Below are positions 1-12,100 of a stretch of DNA of 64,000 nucleotides, piece by piece. This DNA comes from a virus. A model generated the notes under the pieces. The model saw only the letters and a program-made list of their open reading frames with translations, was not told the DNA's origin and did not search any database. The stretch spans positions 3,202 through 67,201 of IMG/VR virus record IMGVR_UViG_3300025655_000033, one strand, 5' to 3'. The translations under genes were made by a program, and so were the position numbers. Every line of letters begins with the position of its first letter. Positions within the stretch are counted from its first letter, which is position 1.

Positions 1-585
1 CAACAACTACGCGTGCCACAAGCTGACAGTGAATATGCTGACAGACAAAAAAACATTGACAATAATATATCCATATTTAAAACCATGGGTGATTGTACGT
101 ATAATGCTGGTGGTTATTTTTTGCCGCCAAGCAATACACACAGAATTGGCACGGTTATATATAAAGATGAAAAAGAATTGCAAAGAGTTCAAAGAAATGA
201 ACTTCTTAATATAAATCTTTCTCCATTAACAAAGCCAACTACAACTTATCCTATATACGTTTATGAAGACGGAACTACTACAAATCCGCCACGTATATAT
301 GTTTATCCAAAAACTATAACTACAGCTTCTGATATAACGGTTTCTTATGTAAGAAAACCAGCTAATGTTGTTTGGAACTACCAACAATTAGGAGGGGGAA
401 CCTGGACATCAGGTCCATACATATATAATCCTGCCACATCTGTTCAATTTGAATTAGATGCTACAGAACAAACTAATGTAATAACTAATGTATTATTATA
501 CATGGGCATTGTTATTAAAGATCCTCAAATAATACAAGTAGCAGCGCAACAAGCACAAGCAGAAGAAGTAAATAAAAAAAGCTAA
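1..585 (+). CDS. Tail adaptor/ring structural protein, 5'-truncated by window edge
   Basis: Open frame from window start; 'SYVRKP..V.W' motif typical of crAss-like/podoviral tail ring proteins; first gene of a structural run. Confidence 0.55.
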   Translation, partial: QQLRVPQADSEYADRQKNIDNNISIFKTMGDCTYNAGGYFLPPSNTHRIGTVIYKDEKELQRVQRNELLNINLSPLTKPTTTYPIYVYEDGTTTNPPRIYVYPKTITTASDITVSYVRKPANVVWNYQQLGGGTWTSGPYIYNPATSVQFELDATEQTNVITNVLLYMGIVIKDPQIIQVAAQQAQAEEVNKKS

Positions 586-591
586 TATATT

Positions 592-1815
592 ATGGCAAAA
601 CCAAATAACGGTTTAATAACCGAAACTAATGGCCAATACTACGCTGGTTCTCAAAGTTTTACAACAACAAGTAGCCAAGCATCGTTTACCACTACGTTTA
701 ATACTGATTTAGTTTTTGGTGCTTATAGCCCTAATACATCAGACTACGGTTTAAATAACTTTGTGTTATATACTAGTGCGTCTGGACTACCTGGTACATT
801 TACAGAATACATATCTGCTTATACTGTTGTTGACAATGTTATAACTTTAGGAACTGCCTTACCTGCTAATAGTTATTTAGTAGTACAACTTAAAAGTAAC
901 AGTGGTGGAAACTATGGCAATGAAAATGCTTTTGGTGATGCTGTTGAAAATAACTATGGTGGATATGCTTACGTGACGTTGAATGATGTTATAAATAATT
1001 TCTTAGTAGCTTATGTTGGCGCTGGTAAATTAATATCTGATGTTAAAAGAACAGATGTTATATTTCACGCTAAAAGAGGTTTACAAGAGTTTAGTTATGA
1101 TACTTTAAAAAGTATTAAATCACAAGAATTATCTATACCTCCAAGCTTGAGTGTTATATTACCTCAAGACTATGTAAACTATGTTAAGATATCTTGGGTG
1201 GATCAATTAGGTGTTAAACATCAAATATTACCAACTCAACTTACAAGTAATCCTTATACGACACCACTTCAAGACAACGAAGGAGTTCCCATTCAAGATA
1301 ACTACGAAGAAAACTTACAAGGTTCTTCTCAAACAGAAGAAAGATGGGAAGTAGCAAATACCAGATTAATAAACAATATAGCTTCATTAGCGGATTATAA
1401 CAACGGATTAGATCCTAACAATCAATATTGGGACAATGGTAACTTTTATGGCAGAGCTTACGGCTTAGATCCACAAAATGCTAATATTAACGGTACTTTT
1501 ACTGTAAACGAAAGAGAAGGTAAAATATCTTTTTCAAGCGACTTAGTTAACAAGCTTATTATATTAGAATATATTTCTGACGGTTTAGCTTATGATATGG
1601 ACACGAAAGTTCCTAAAATGGCTGAAGAAGCTATGTACTTACATTTAGTGTATAGCATACTTGCTACAAAAGCAAATCAACCAGAATATGTAGTACAAAG
1701 ATTTAAAAGAGAAAGATCTGCAGCACTTAGAAATGCTAAAATAAGATTATCAAATATAAAGCTTAGTGAGATAGTTCAAGTAATGCGAGGTAAATCTAAG
1801 TGGATTAAACACTAA
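592..1815 (+). CDS. Tail tubular/ring structural protein
   Basis: 407 aa; 'LPQDYVNYVKISW' and 'ILEYISDG' motifs like podoviral tail tube A-type proteins; operon context. Confidence 0.55.
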   Translation: MAKPNNGLITETNGQYYAGSQSFTTTSSQASFTTTFNTDLVFGAYSPNTSDYGLNNFVLYTSASGLPGTFTEYISAYTVVDNVITLGTALPANSYLVVQLKSNSGGNYGNENAFGDAVENNYGGYAYVTLNDVINNFLVAYVGAGKLISDVKRTDVIFHAKRGLQEFSYDTLKSIKSQELSIPPSLSVILPQDYVNYVKISWVDQLGVKHQILPTQLTSNPYTTPLQDNEGVPIQDNYEENLQGSSQTEERWEVANTRLINNIASLADYNNGLDPNNQYWDNGNFYGRAYGLDPQNANINGTFTVNEREGKISFSSDLVNKLIILEYISDGLAYDMDTKVPKMAEEAMYLHLVYSILATKANQPEYVVQRFKRERSAALRNAKIRLSNIKLSEIVQVMRGKSKWIKH

Positions 1816-1819
1816 TTAA

Positions 1820-4800
1820 ATGGCTGAAATTAAAAATACTTTTATAAAAGCCAAGATGAACAAGGACCTGGATGACAGGTTAGTTCCTCCTGGAGAATAT
1901 AGAAATGCTCAAAATGTTTCAATAAGTAGATCTGAAGGTTCAGACGTAGGTGCTTTAGAAAACATATTGGGTAACTCTGTTATATCTTCAACTATATTAA
2001 ATACACCTAATATAGATGTTGTTGGTTTTTTAGCTGACAATGCTACAAATTATATATATTTATTTCTAAGTGATTACACGGATCCTTATACAGGTGGTAA
2101 ACCAACGTTTGCACCTATTGGATCTAATTGTATTATAGCTAGATATAATACTGTTTCTAACATATACACTAAATTAGTTCAAGGAAGGTTTTTAAACTTT
2201 TCTAAAAACAATCCTATAATTGGCGTAAACTTACTGGAGACGTTGTTATTTTGGACTGACAATAGAAATCAACCTAGAAAAATAAATGTAGAACTTGCTA
2301 ACCCAGGTAGAATAGCAATTCCAACTTATTACTTAACAGAAGATACTGTTTCTGTAGCAAAACCAGCGCCTTTAAAATCTATAAAACTAACCAACATAGC
2401 TCAAGGTTTACCGCTTCAGTCTACAATGACTAATCCAGCGCAAGAGTTTATGCCTGATGGCACAACTCCTAATCCAGACTATAGCGCTACATGGGCTGGT
2501 GATCCAAACTTTTTACAAGATAAATTTGTAAGATTTAGTTACAGATATAAATTTGATGATGGAGAGTATTCTATAATTGCTCCGTTTACGCAACCATGTT
2601 TTATACCTAAACAACAAGGTTATTTTTTGAACGGAGATCAAGATGAAGCCTATAGAAGTACTATAGTACAATTTGTTGAAAACAATGTAACACAAATAGG
2701 TCTAAATATACCTTTTGAAACAACATCACCAGGTAGTGATTTACATATAACTGACTTAGAAATACTATATAAAGAATCAGATGGTTTAGCTATAAAAGTA
2801 GTAGAGTCTGTTCCTATAAATAGTGTCTTAACAAAAATGCAATCAAATGTAGATAAAACTGTTTACGATTTTACTTATATATCTACAAAGCCTTATAAAA
2901 CTTTACCAGCTGATCAAACAACTAGAGTGTATGATATGGTACCAGTTAAAGCATTGGCTCAAGAGGTATCTGGTAATAGGGTTATGTATGGTAACTTCTA
3001 TGATAGAATGTCTCCTCCTAAATCAATAGACTACGGAGTTGGTTACTCAACTAAAGCTACAAGTAGTCAAGCTGAATATCCAAATCACACTGCTAAACAA
3101 AATAGAAACTACCAAGTTGGTATTGTATTATCTGATAAATTTGGTAGACAATCATCAGTTATATTATCTTCAAAAGATACTGCAAACGATGAAGAAGGTG
3201 TGCAGTACGGTGGGTCTACTATATATTTGCCTTACTACGAAGGAGCTTTAAGCGATATATTAAATTGGCCTGGTTACGCGCTTAGAGTGTTATTTAGTTC
3301 GCCAATACCATCTACTTCTAATATAGAAGGTTATCCTGGTTTATATAACGAAACAAATCCATTGGGATGGTACTCGTATAAGATAGTTGTAAGACAACAA
3401 GAACAAGATTATTACAATGTATTTTTACCAGGTATACTAAACGGTTATCCTAGTGGAACAACTAACTTTGGTACAGAAACAGGGCAGACGGCTAATGTTG
3501 TTTTGATAAATGACAATATAAATAAAATACCTAGGGACTTAACTGAAGTAGGACCAGATCAAAGACAATATAGAAGTAGTGTTCAAATATTTGGTAGAGT
3601 AACACCAGATCCTTTGAATTCTACATTAAATAAACAATATACGCCTGGTATACTTTCAGATACAGTTGTCTCTATATCTACAATAGCAGATACAAATTAC
3701 AATGAAACACAAGGTGTTAATTTGATATATCCTGAATTCTATCAAAGTGAAACAAATCCTTTAATAGGTAGAATAAGTACACAACAAAGTATTGGTACTT
3801 TAGGTAGCGCAAGTTACAGTATAACGCTTGGTGTTTATGAAACTTCACCAGTGGTTTCATTGTTAGATATATACTGGGAAACAAGTTCTACTGGATTAAT
3901 ATCTGAATTAAATACAGCTATAAACGAAGGGTTTGCTGGGCCTTATGTTATAAACTTAAATGGTGGGTATTCTCAAAACGAAGGTATGGTCACTGGAACT
4001 AAAGTGGTAACTGGTGCTTATACTGAAGATAGCGCTAATGTACCTATAACAACACTTGTTAATTTTAGTATTGCATCGGTTATAGATGGAAATGGAGTGA
4101 ATAGAACAAGTGAGTTTACATTATCTAAAACACTTAATTCAGCATATCAATTTGATATAGCTACAAATGCTTTGTTTTATTATGGAGATAACTCTTCTTT
4201 CGACGTGGCTAATAGATCTTTTACCTTTACAATAAACTGTCAAGACACTGTTGGAGGTACAACTGAGCAATTACAATTTACTGGGTCTGTTGCTAATATA
4301 GCTCCTAGTATAACTAATTGCCCTGCGTCACAAATACTATTAGAAGGATTAACTTCTCCTTGGGAAGTTTACACGATGCAAGGAAATAATGGATCAGCTT
4401 CTGGAGTTGATCAAACACAAGGATTAACTTGGAGTATACAAAGTGTTAGTTATAATGGAACGTTAATAGAAAATCAAGATCTATTTACAATAGATGAAAT
4501 ATCTGGGGTTATTAATCAGCCAAACGGCAATGCACAAAAAACAGGTAATTATCAATTAGTCATAGGGCTACAAGATGCTGGAGGATTAACTTCATCTAAT
4601 TGTGATCTTTATGTTTCTTTCGGAGTACCACAAGAAATTTCTTTAGAATTTTATTTAGAAACACCTTATGCAGACGATTGGAATGTTGAATGGATTACCA
4701 TTGATGGCACTAGACAACAATCGTTGCCTGGTCCTTGTAATTCTGGATGCGAAACAATTAACACTAGATCAGTGCCAAGTAATAACACGATGACAGCTAG

Positions 4801-4972
4801 AGTAAGTAATATTTCTAATCCACTATCAGATATAGCTCAATATTCATTTATAGTTGATAATGTAGTGGTTAATACACAAACAAAACAACCTCCATTCGAT
4901 GCATCTGTGGAATATACTTTTACAAATGTTCAAGCACAGTCTGAATATAGAGTAGAAGTGTACTATGGTTAG
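1820..4972 (+). CDS. Tail nozzle/stabilisation protein, N-terminal part, with C-terminal Ig/cadherin-like extension
   Basis: 1050 aa; 'MNKDLDDRLVPPGEYRNAQN' start and 'LFWTDNRNQPRKIN' as in crAss-like nozzle proteins. Confidence 0.6.
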   Translation: MAEIKNTFIKAKMNKDLDDRLVPPGEYRNAQNVSISRSEGSDVGALENILGNSVISSTILNTPNIDVVGFLADNATNYIYLFLSDYTDPYTGGKPTFAPIGSNCIIARYNTVSNIYTKLVQGRFLNFSKNNPIIGVNLLETLLFWTDNRNQPRKINVELANPGRIAIPTYYLTEDTVSVAKPAPLKSIKLTNIAQGLPLQSTMTNPAQEFMPDGTTPNPDYSATWAGDPNFLQDKFVRFSYRYKFDDGEYSIIAPFTQPCFIPKQQGYFLNGDQDEAYRSTIVQFVENNVTQIGLNIPFETTSPGSDLHITDLEILYKESDGLAIKVVESVPINSVLTKMQSNVDKTVYDFTYISTKPYKTLPADQTTRVYDMVPVKALAQEVSGNRVMYGNFYDRMSPPKSIDYGVGYSTKATSSQAEYPNHTAKQNRNYQVGIVLSDKFGRQSSVILSSKDTANDEEGVQYGGSTIYLPYYEGALSDILNWPGYALRVLFSSPIPSTSNIEGYPGLYNETNPLGWYSYKIVVRQQEQDYYNVFLPGILNGYPSGTTNFGTETGQTANVVLINDNINKIPRDLTEVGPDQRQYRSSVQIFGRVTPDPLNSTLNKQYTPGILSDTVVSISTIADTNYNETQGVNLIYPEFYQSETNPLIGRISTQQSIGTLGSASYSITLGVYETSPVVSLLDIYWETSSTGLISELNTAINEGFAGPYVINLNGGYSQNEGMVTGTKVVTGAYTEDSANVPITTLVNFSIASVIDGNGVNRTSEFTLSKTLNSAYQFDIATNALFYYGDNSSFDVANRSFTFTINCQDTVGGTTEQLQFTGSVANIAPSITNCPASQILLEGLTSPWEVYTMQGNNGSASGVDQTQGLTWSIQSVSYNGTLIENQDLFTIDEISGVINQPNGNAQKTGNYQLVIGLQDAGGLTSSNCDLYVSFGVPQEISLEFYLETPYADDWNVEWITIDGTRQQSLPGPCNSGCETINTRSVPSNNTMTARVSNISNPLSDIAQYSFIVDNVVVNTQTKQPPFDASVEYTFTNVQAQSEYRVEVYYG

Positions 4973-5007
4973 TACTAAATGTTTACAAAAATAAGTGATT
5001 ATAAATT

Positions 5008-6405
5008 ATGGCAGCAGCAATAGAAATATCTTACTTTAATTCGTTTTGGCTAAAACAGGTGCTTGATAGTGGAAGCAATCCTGTATGGCCAAATGGTTAT
5101 CCTTCTACAACTGGTTTTCCAGGAACTGCTGTTACTGGAGACAATAATTGGTTTATAGAAGAATCAAGAATTAGAGGAGGTTACAACAACACACAAGTGG
5201 ACTTAGGTGTTAAAGCTTACATAGTAGAAGAAGAACCTAGGCAACAACGTAGATCAAACGCTTTAATATATTCTGGTATATTTAACTCTAGAACAGGTGT
5301 TAATAATACTAATCAGTTTTCTGTAGGTGAATCTATAACTAAATCAACTGATCCAGCAAATGGATCAATTCAAAAGTTATATGCTGAAGATACAAACTTA
5401 ATAGTATTCCAAGAAAACAAAGTAAGTAGAGCTTTAATAGATAAAGACGCTATATACTCTGCTGAAGGAAACGCAGCTGTAACTTCAACTCAATTAGTTA
5501 TAGGGCAAATTGTTCCTTACGCTGGTAACTATGGTATTAGTAGAAACCCAGAAAGCTTTGCTGTCTATGGTTATCAAAAGTACTTTACAGATAAAGATAG
5601 AAACGCTGTTTTAAGACTCTCTATGGATGGTTTAACAGAAATATCATCTTATGGTATGCTTGATTATTTTAGAGACAATCTAAGCAGTATAGGAGAGTCA
5701 GGTAAAATAATAGGTGGTTATGATATTCATAATAAAAACTATACTTTATCTTTACAGAAAACACCAGCTTGGCAAGGTAATTCAGACGATGCTTCATCTT
5801 ACGCTACTTTAACTTTTGATGAATTAGTTAAAGGTTGGAGTAGTTTTTACACCTATAAACCTACTTTTGTAACAAGTCTTAAAAACAAATTTTATAGTTT
5901 TAAAAATGGATCTATATACGAACACTATAGTAATCCAGGTGGAGATAATAGAGGTACTTTTTACGGATTATACGCTCCTTCAAATATAACTTTTGTATTT
6001 AATGATAATTCAAATGTTTCAAAAAATTTCCAAACTGTAAACTACGAAGGTGATAATGGATGGCAAGTAACTAGTTTCGTGTCTGACAATCAAAGATTTG
6101 ATTACGTTAATAGTGGTTGGGTTAGTTATGATGATACAACAGCTCAAATACCAAGTTACAGTCAAACATATAATGATGGTGGAGTTATTTATAGATTAGG
6201 CTTTGATAGAAAAGAAAACAAGTACTTTGCAAACTTAATAAATAATAGTCCAGCTAGAGATGGTGAGGTTGTATGGGGTAATGAAATGTCTGGTATTAAA
6301 GGGTATTTTGCTACTGTTACTTTTTCAACTGACGCTATAACTGACGTAGGTGGTCCAAAAGAACTTTGGAGTGTTGGATCAAATTTTGTAGTATCTTCGT
6401 ATTAA
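5008..6405 (+). CDS. Tail nozzle/stabilisation protein, C-terminal part
   Basis: 465 aa; 'YGISRNPESFA..G..KYFTD..R.AVLRLS.DGLTEIS' beta-propeller motifs of P22 gp10/crAss nozzle type. Confidence 0.6.
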   Translation: MAAAIEISYFNSFWLKQVLDSGSNPVWPNGYPSTTGFPGTAVTGDNNWFIEESRIRGGYNNTQVDLGVKAYIVEEEPRQQRRSNALIYSGIFNSRTGVNNTNQFSVGESITKSTDPANGSIQKLYAEDTNLIVFQENKVSRALIDKDAIYSAEGNAAVTSTQLVIGQIVPYAGNYGISRNPESFAVYGYQKYFTDKDRNAVLRLSMDGLTEISSYGMLDYFRDNLSSIGESGKIIGGYDIHNKNYTLSLQKTPAWQGNSDDASSYATLTFDELVKGWSSFYTYKPTFVTSLKNKFYSFKNGSIYEHYSNPGGDNRGTFYGLYAPSNITFVFNDNSNVSKNFQTVNYEGDNGWQVTSFVSDNQRFDYVNSGWVSYDDTTAQIPSYSQTYNDGGVIYRLGFDRKENKYFANLINNSPARDGEVVWGNEMSGIKGYFATVTFSTDAITDVGGPKELWSVGSNFVVSSY

Positions 6406-6415
6406 ATTAAATTTT

Positions 6416-6874
6416 ATGTCAAAAGAATTAACGAAATCTGTAAAAGAAAAAAGACAAGAAATAATAGATTTAGAAAAATCACTAGTATCAATGGTTGGCA
6501 TGGCAGATGGAGTTTACTTAGGTGACAATCATAAGTATCCGCTAAAACATGTTTTTACAGAAGGATTATATTTAAGAGAGTTAAGATTAGAAGCAGGAAC
6601 AACAGCTATAGGTAAAATACATAAAGAAGATCATATAGTTTTTTTGCTTCATGGAACAGTAGCCGTAGCCACAGATAGCGGAGTTGAAGAGTACACTGCT
6701 CCTTGTTATATAAAATCTCCAGCTGGAATAAAAAGAGTTGCTCACGCTTTAACTGATATTATATGGGTTAACATTCACGCTAATCCTACTAACACTCAGG
6801 ATTTAGAAGAATTAGAAAACAATATAATAGCTAAAGATTATTTAGAATATGAAGAATTTAAAAAACTTAAATAA
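6416..6874 (+). CDS. Cupin-fold phage protein
   Basis: 'HVFTEGLYLREL..EAGT..IGKIHK.DH' cupin-like motif; position just before ejection genes. Confidence 0.6.
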   Translation: MSKELTKSVKEKRQEIIDLEKSLVSMVGMADGVYLGDNHKYPLKHVFTEGLYLRELRLEAGTTAIGKIHKEDHIVFLLHGTVAVATDSGVEEYTAPCYIKSPAGIKRVAHALTDIIWVNIHANPTNTQDLEELENNIIAKDYLEYEEFKKLK

Positions 6875-6880
6875 AACAAT

Positions 6881-7609
6881 ATGTCATTTGTAGCGGTAGC
6901 AGTAGCTGGTGCAGCGGTTATTGGTTCAACAATAGGTGCTGTTTCTTCTGGTAAACAAGCTAGAAGAGCTAGATTAAAAGCAAAATCTTTAACAGGGGAG
7001 TTAGAGTCTTTAGAGAAGAAAAGACAAACAATAATAAATCCTTTTGAAGGAGTTAGTGATTTGTCATCTATGATAACCGATGTTAGCGGTATAGCTTCAA
7101 ATCCATACGCTAATTTAGGTGTAGCTACTCAAGCTGCCGAAATACAAATTGAAGAAGCTGACGTATCTTTAGCTAATGCACTAGACACTATTAGAGCTAC
7201 TGGTTCTGGAGCTGGTGGCGCTACTGCTTTAGCGCAAGCTGCTTTACAAAGTAAAAAAGGAGTTGCAGCCAGCATAGAACAACAAGAAGCAAATAATGAA
7301 CAGTTAAGAGCTCAGGGTGAAGCAAACTTACAAAATATTAAAATGTCTGAGGCGCAAAGAGTTCAAGGAGCTCTTATTGGAGAACAAGGTAGGTTGCAAC
7401 AAGCTGATGTTTCTGGAAGACAATTTGTTTATGGTGAAAAAGAAAGAAGAGAAACAGAACAACTAAATAGAAAACAAGCTCAAATAACAGGTCAACAACA
7501 AGCTCAAGTAGCTGCTAATCAAAACCAAGCTTCTTATATAGGTTCTGGCATAAGCGCAGTTGGTAATATAGGGGCAGCTGCTGCTAGTAATCCTAACTTT
7601 GGTCAATAA
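6881..7609 (+). CDS. Internal virion (ejection) protein
   Basis: Ala/Gly/Gln-rich helical protein with hydrophobic N-terminus 'MSFVAVAVAGAAVIG'. Confidence 0.6.
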   Translation: MSFVAVAVAGAAVIGSTIGAVSSGKQARRARLKAKSLTGELESLEKKRQTIINPFEGVSDLSSMITDVSGIASNPYANLGVATQAAEIQIEEADVSLANALDTIRATGSGAGGATALAQAALQSKKGVAASIEQQEANNEQLRAQGEANLQNIKMSEAQRVQGALIGEQGRLQQADVSGRQFVYGEKERRETEQLNRKQAQITGQQQAQVAANQNQASYIGSGISAVGNIGAAAASNPNFGQ

Positions 7610-7621
7610 TAAAAAAACACA

Positions 7622-9112
7622 ATGGGAGCATACGAAAATCCAATTACAGTAATAGATACTGAATCATCTAAGATATTTGCAAATGCAATATCAAATGTTG
7701 GTAAGACAGTAGCTGGTATTATAGACCAAGATAGAGAAAGAAGATCAAAAGCTAAAGAACAAGAAAGAGAGTGGCTTGATTGGACTTTTAAATATACCAA
7801 TGAAAACTTAGATAAAGTATACGATCAACTACAAAGCGTAGGCGTTAATAATACTGAAGCTTTTAATGCTGTTAAAGGGTTAATAGACGAAAAAACTAGA
7901 TTTGGTATCGCTGCAAAAAGAGCGTCTACTATTGAAGAACAAAACGAATTGTTATCTAAGTCTGGAATGTATGAAAAAGGTATAAGATCTTTTATTAATA
8001 TTCAGAAAGGTTTTCAAGAAAACGATGGTATATTTAATACTGAATTTGTAGAGAATATAGATAAAGTAGGAAAAGAAGGTGGAGTACCATTAATGGGTGG
8101 CAGAAACAAAGAATATAATTTAGGCATGTCGATTAGAAGTGGTATCAATCCTGGCAAAGAAGAGTTTTATTTTGATTCTGAGAAAGGTAATTGGAGAGTT
8201 AAATACACTGGTCCTGAGATAACTAAAGCTGGATTAGAAGAAATAGATATGGATGCTGCGGTATTTGCTAGTTATGATCCAGGCACCATACCTGAAATAT
8301 CTAAAAATATTTATAGTTTATTTTCTGAAAAATCAGAAAGCAATCCAAAAGGATTAGGATTTTTAGGTAAAGACGGTCAGTTATCACAACAATACGTTAA
8401 CACTGAAGATATAAAATACCAATACTCTAAAGACGGTAAACTAAGAACAGAGATATTCCCAGCTAAAGTTGGTGAAATGACAGCGCAAGCTACAACGTTC
8501 TTAACTGCACAAGCAGAGGGTTTACTTAGATCTGGAAATCAAGCACAAGTTGTATGGCAAAATGTATTGTCAAGTAGTGATGATGAATTAAAACCAGGCG
8601 CAAGTGGTAGTGGTATATATGAAAAAGAATCTGAAGAAAAATTTATAAAAGCATACGTAGAAAAAGGTTTACAGTCTATACCAAAATATAAAGTTGGTAA
8701 AACATCTGATGCTCCAGTTGTAACCAAAGGCGTTACAAAAGAAGGCGCTGCTCAAGCAAAAGTTTACAATAAAGCTAAAACTTTAACAGACGACATACTT
8801 AGAGCAAACTCAGGTAAAAATTCTAGATTTTTTATAAATAAAGAATTAGATGGTATGTCAATATCTTCTGCTCAATGGAGTGGTGACACTTTAAATCTTG
8901 TTTTAGACAAACCTTCTGGTGATGGCATAACAGAAATACCTAGAAAGTTTGAAATGAATAGAAGGGAAGACGTAGAAGATCTAGTAGCTTTGTTAGCACA
9001 AGAAAGATACGGTAAAGACGCTAGCGCTGAGGAAATAAGAGATATGACCTCTATGATACTTAGAGAAAGACAAGCAGATAGACAACCTAAAATAAACACT
9101 TCATACGAATAA
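7622..9112 (+). CDS. Internal virion protein, unknown function
   Basis: 496 aa ORF between the ejection protein and the giant protein. Confidence 0.45.
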   Translation: MGAYENPITVIDTESSKIFANAISNVGKTVAGIIDQDRERRSKAKEQEREWLDWTFKYTNENLDKVYDQLQSVGVNNTEAFNAVKGLIDEKTRFGIAAKRASTIEEQNELLSKSGMYEKGIRSFINIQKGFQENDGIFNTEFVENIDKVGKEGGVPLMGGRNKEYNLGMSIRSGINPGKEEFYFDSEKGNWRVKYTGPEITKAGLEEIDMDAAVFASYDPGTIPEISKNIYSLFSEKSESNPKGLGFLGKDGQLSQQYVNTEDIKYQYSKDGKLRTEIFPAKVGEMTAQATTFLTAQAEGLLRSGNQAQVVWQNVLSSSDDELKPGASGSGIYEKESEEKFIKAYVEKGLQSIPKYKVGKTSDAPVVTKGVTKEGAAQAKVYNKAKTLTDDILRANSGKNSRFFINKELDGMSISSAQWSGDTLNLVLDKPSGDGITEIPRKFEMNRREDVEDLVALLAQERYGKDASAEEIRDMTSMILRERQADRQPKINTSYE

Positions 9113-9114
9113 AT

Positions 9115-12100
9115 ATGAATCAAATCTATATCAACCCAGAAACTGGTGAAAAATTTAGTGTTAGTTCTGAAAAATTAGATCAGTTCTTACAAGACTTTCC
9201 TAACGCTGTTTTAGAACAAGAACAAGAGCAACCAGAAGAAGTTGTTACTGAAATGTTTGTTAATCCAGACACTGAAGAGCAATTTAAGGTTAGTGTAAAT
9301 AAAAAAGATCAGTTCTTAAAAGATTTTCCTAACGCTATTCCAATTGATCAAGCGGGAAAGGAAACATCCCCAACTCTGGATGCGGTTGCGGGAAAAGACA
9401 AAGCATCCGATATGGATTTACCATTGGAGGATGGTTTATCGGAATTGAAAGAAGATGATGGCCAATGGGATTGGGGTATAGTAGATTATTTTTCTGATTT
9501 AGCTAGAGCAGCTAAAGAAGGTTGGAGACAAGGTGAACTTGCTGATGATGCTTTTGAAGTTATAAATAAAGGAGCTGATGTAGAATCTAAAGATATTTTA
9601 AAGTTTCTTAAAAGACAAAAAGAAGTTGGTGCTAAAAACATAGGATCAGATGAAATGCGGTCTTGGCAAAAAACTTATGATAAAAATGGTAAAAGTACTT
9701 GGGGTGCTATAAAAGGTATATTAGAAAATCCATCTGTATTAAGCACCTTATTAGTTAGTTCTTTGTCATCACAGTTGAGTGCTATAGTAAACTCAGGTGA
9801 AGTATTAGCTTCTGGTGTTGCAGGTGCAGCCGCTGGAGCTGGAGCTGGTGCAGCTGCTGGAGCAATTGGAGGTCCATTAGCTACTTTAACAGCCGCAGGT
9901 GGTGCATTAACAGGTGCTATGACTGGTAGTATGGCAGCTATGGAAACTGGATTAACTTTTGGTGAATTACTTCAAGAACAAGTTGGAGACGATCTTAATG
10001 ACGATGCAATAAAAGAATTTTTAAATGATCCAGAAAGATTAGCTGATCTAAAAAACAAAGCACTTAAAAGAGGTTTAACTATTGGAGCTATAGAAGGTTT
10101 AACAATGGGTGTTGCTAAAGGTGTTGGTAGCAAGTTAGCTAAAGCTGGATTTAAAAAGATGGCTATAGGTACAGCCACTGGAGTCATAGAGGCTGGTGGT
10201 GGTTCTCTTGGAGAAGTAGGTGGAAGATATGTAGCAGGTCAAGAAATGGATCCTGGTGAAATAGTATTTGAAGGTGTTGCTGGATTTGGAGGAGCTCCAC
10301 TAACATTAGCTTCTCAGGCTAGTAAGCTTAGTAAAACTATAGATAAAGCTACTATAAACAAAATAATAAAAGATACTGATTACAAAGATGTAACAGATGC
10401 TTTTAAAACAGCTGATGTTGGTGAAGCTGAAATCAATATTGCTAAAATTAAAAACTCTACTAAAATATTAGATGAACAAGTAGACTCTAAGGTTGAATCA
10501 GCTGATATAACAGAAGAAGAGGGTAATGAAATAAAACTTAATTTTAGAAAAACTCAACAAGCTGTAAACAAAATAAGTTCATTAAATTTTCCTAAAGAAG
10601 AAGAAGTTAATGCCGTTAGTCTATTAAAAGAAAAAGAAACACTAGAAAACAAAATAAAAGAAGTTGGTGATTCTAGTTTAACTACTATTGAGTCTGATAG
10701 AGTTGATGAAATAAACAAATCATTAAGTGGAATTAGATTAAAACAAAGTATTTCTTTTGCTGAAAAACAAGGTAAAAAACTTGGTTTAGATGTTGAAGTT
10801 TTATCTCAAGAAGAATATGATAAAAAATTCGGTGATAAAGCTAAAGGATCAGAAGGAGTATGGGATAAAAAAAATAATTCTATAACAATCAATAAAGATA
10901 GAGCTTTAGAGGTTGAAGCTGTATCTGTTGGTAGTCACGAACTATTACATGGTATTTTATCTAAAGGTTTAAAAGGTAAAGATGCTTCAAAAATAGTAGA
11001 GGATTTTAAAAACATATTAAGCGAAGAACAAAAAGCAGTTGTAGATAAAAGAATTAAAGAAAACTATACACAAGATTATTTAGATAAAAATCCAGATGAG
11101 TATTTAACTGTTTTTTCAGATGCAATAACTAAAAAAGAAATTAAATTTGAAGAAAACTTATTTACAAAAATAGGTGATTTTATAACTCCAATACTTAGAT
11201 CCGTAGGATTTAAAAATATAAAATTTAACACTGGTAAAGATGTTTACAATTTCATGCGTGAATATCAAAAAAGCGTTGCAACTGGAGAACTAAGTAAGGA
11301 TATAATAAAATCTGTTGAGTTAAAAGATACTGAAGCTTCAGAAGGATTAGCTACATCTATTACAGATAATCTTAATGAGAAAGTTGATAATCTTGTAGGA
11401 AAAAAAGATGAATCAGGAAATTATCAGTATAAAAGTAAAACAGAATTTCAATCATCACCTGAGTTTGTAAACGTATATGATAAAATAATTAGTGGAAAAA
11501 TGATTGATCCATTAATTAGAAGAGGCATAGAAGGTGATCAAGTTTATGGCAAACCAGTTGAAAACTTTATTGAAGAAGTTAAAGATGGTTTGACAGAGGT
11601 TTTAATGCGTTTTGATCCAACTGAAAATAATAGTTTAATTGGATTTATAAACAGTCAATTAAAATTTAGAAAAGGTGACGTGCTTAAAAAATATAAAGCG
11701 CAACAAACTAAATCAATTGATACAGCAGCTGGTGAAGTAGGATCTATAGCTGAATTAGAAGCTGAAGATACATCCGAAGCTTTACTAGAAGAGTCTATGG
11801 CTGAAGAAAGACGTCAAAGTGATCTTATAAAGGCAGAGGAAATAATCGGTTCAGATGATTTTGTTAAAGCAGCTAAAGAAGAAGTTGCTAGTAAATTAGA
11901 TCAAGTTAAACCTGGAGAATCAACTTTTAAAAATGTAAAAGGATTAGTTGCAGATACATTAGCTAAAGAAATAGGTATACCAGCTAAGAAAATAATGGAC
12001 ACTACTGCTAACATGTCTAGTCAAGAGATGGGTGTGTCTATAAATTGGATTAAACAAAACGCCAATATGATTGCTAAAATAATGCCACAAGGCGCTGTTT

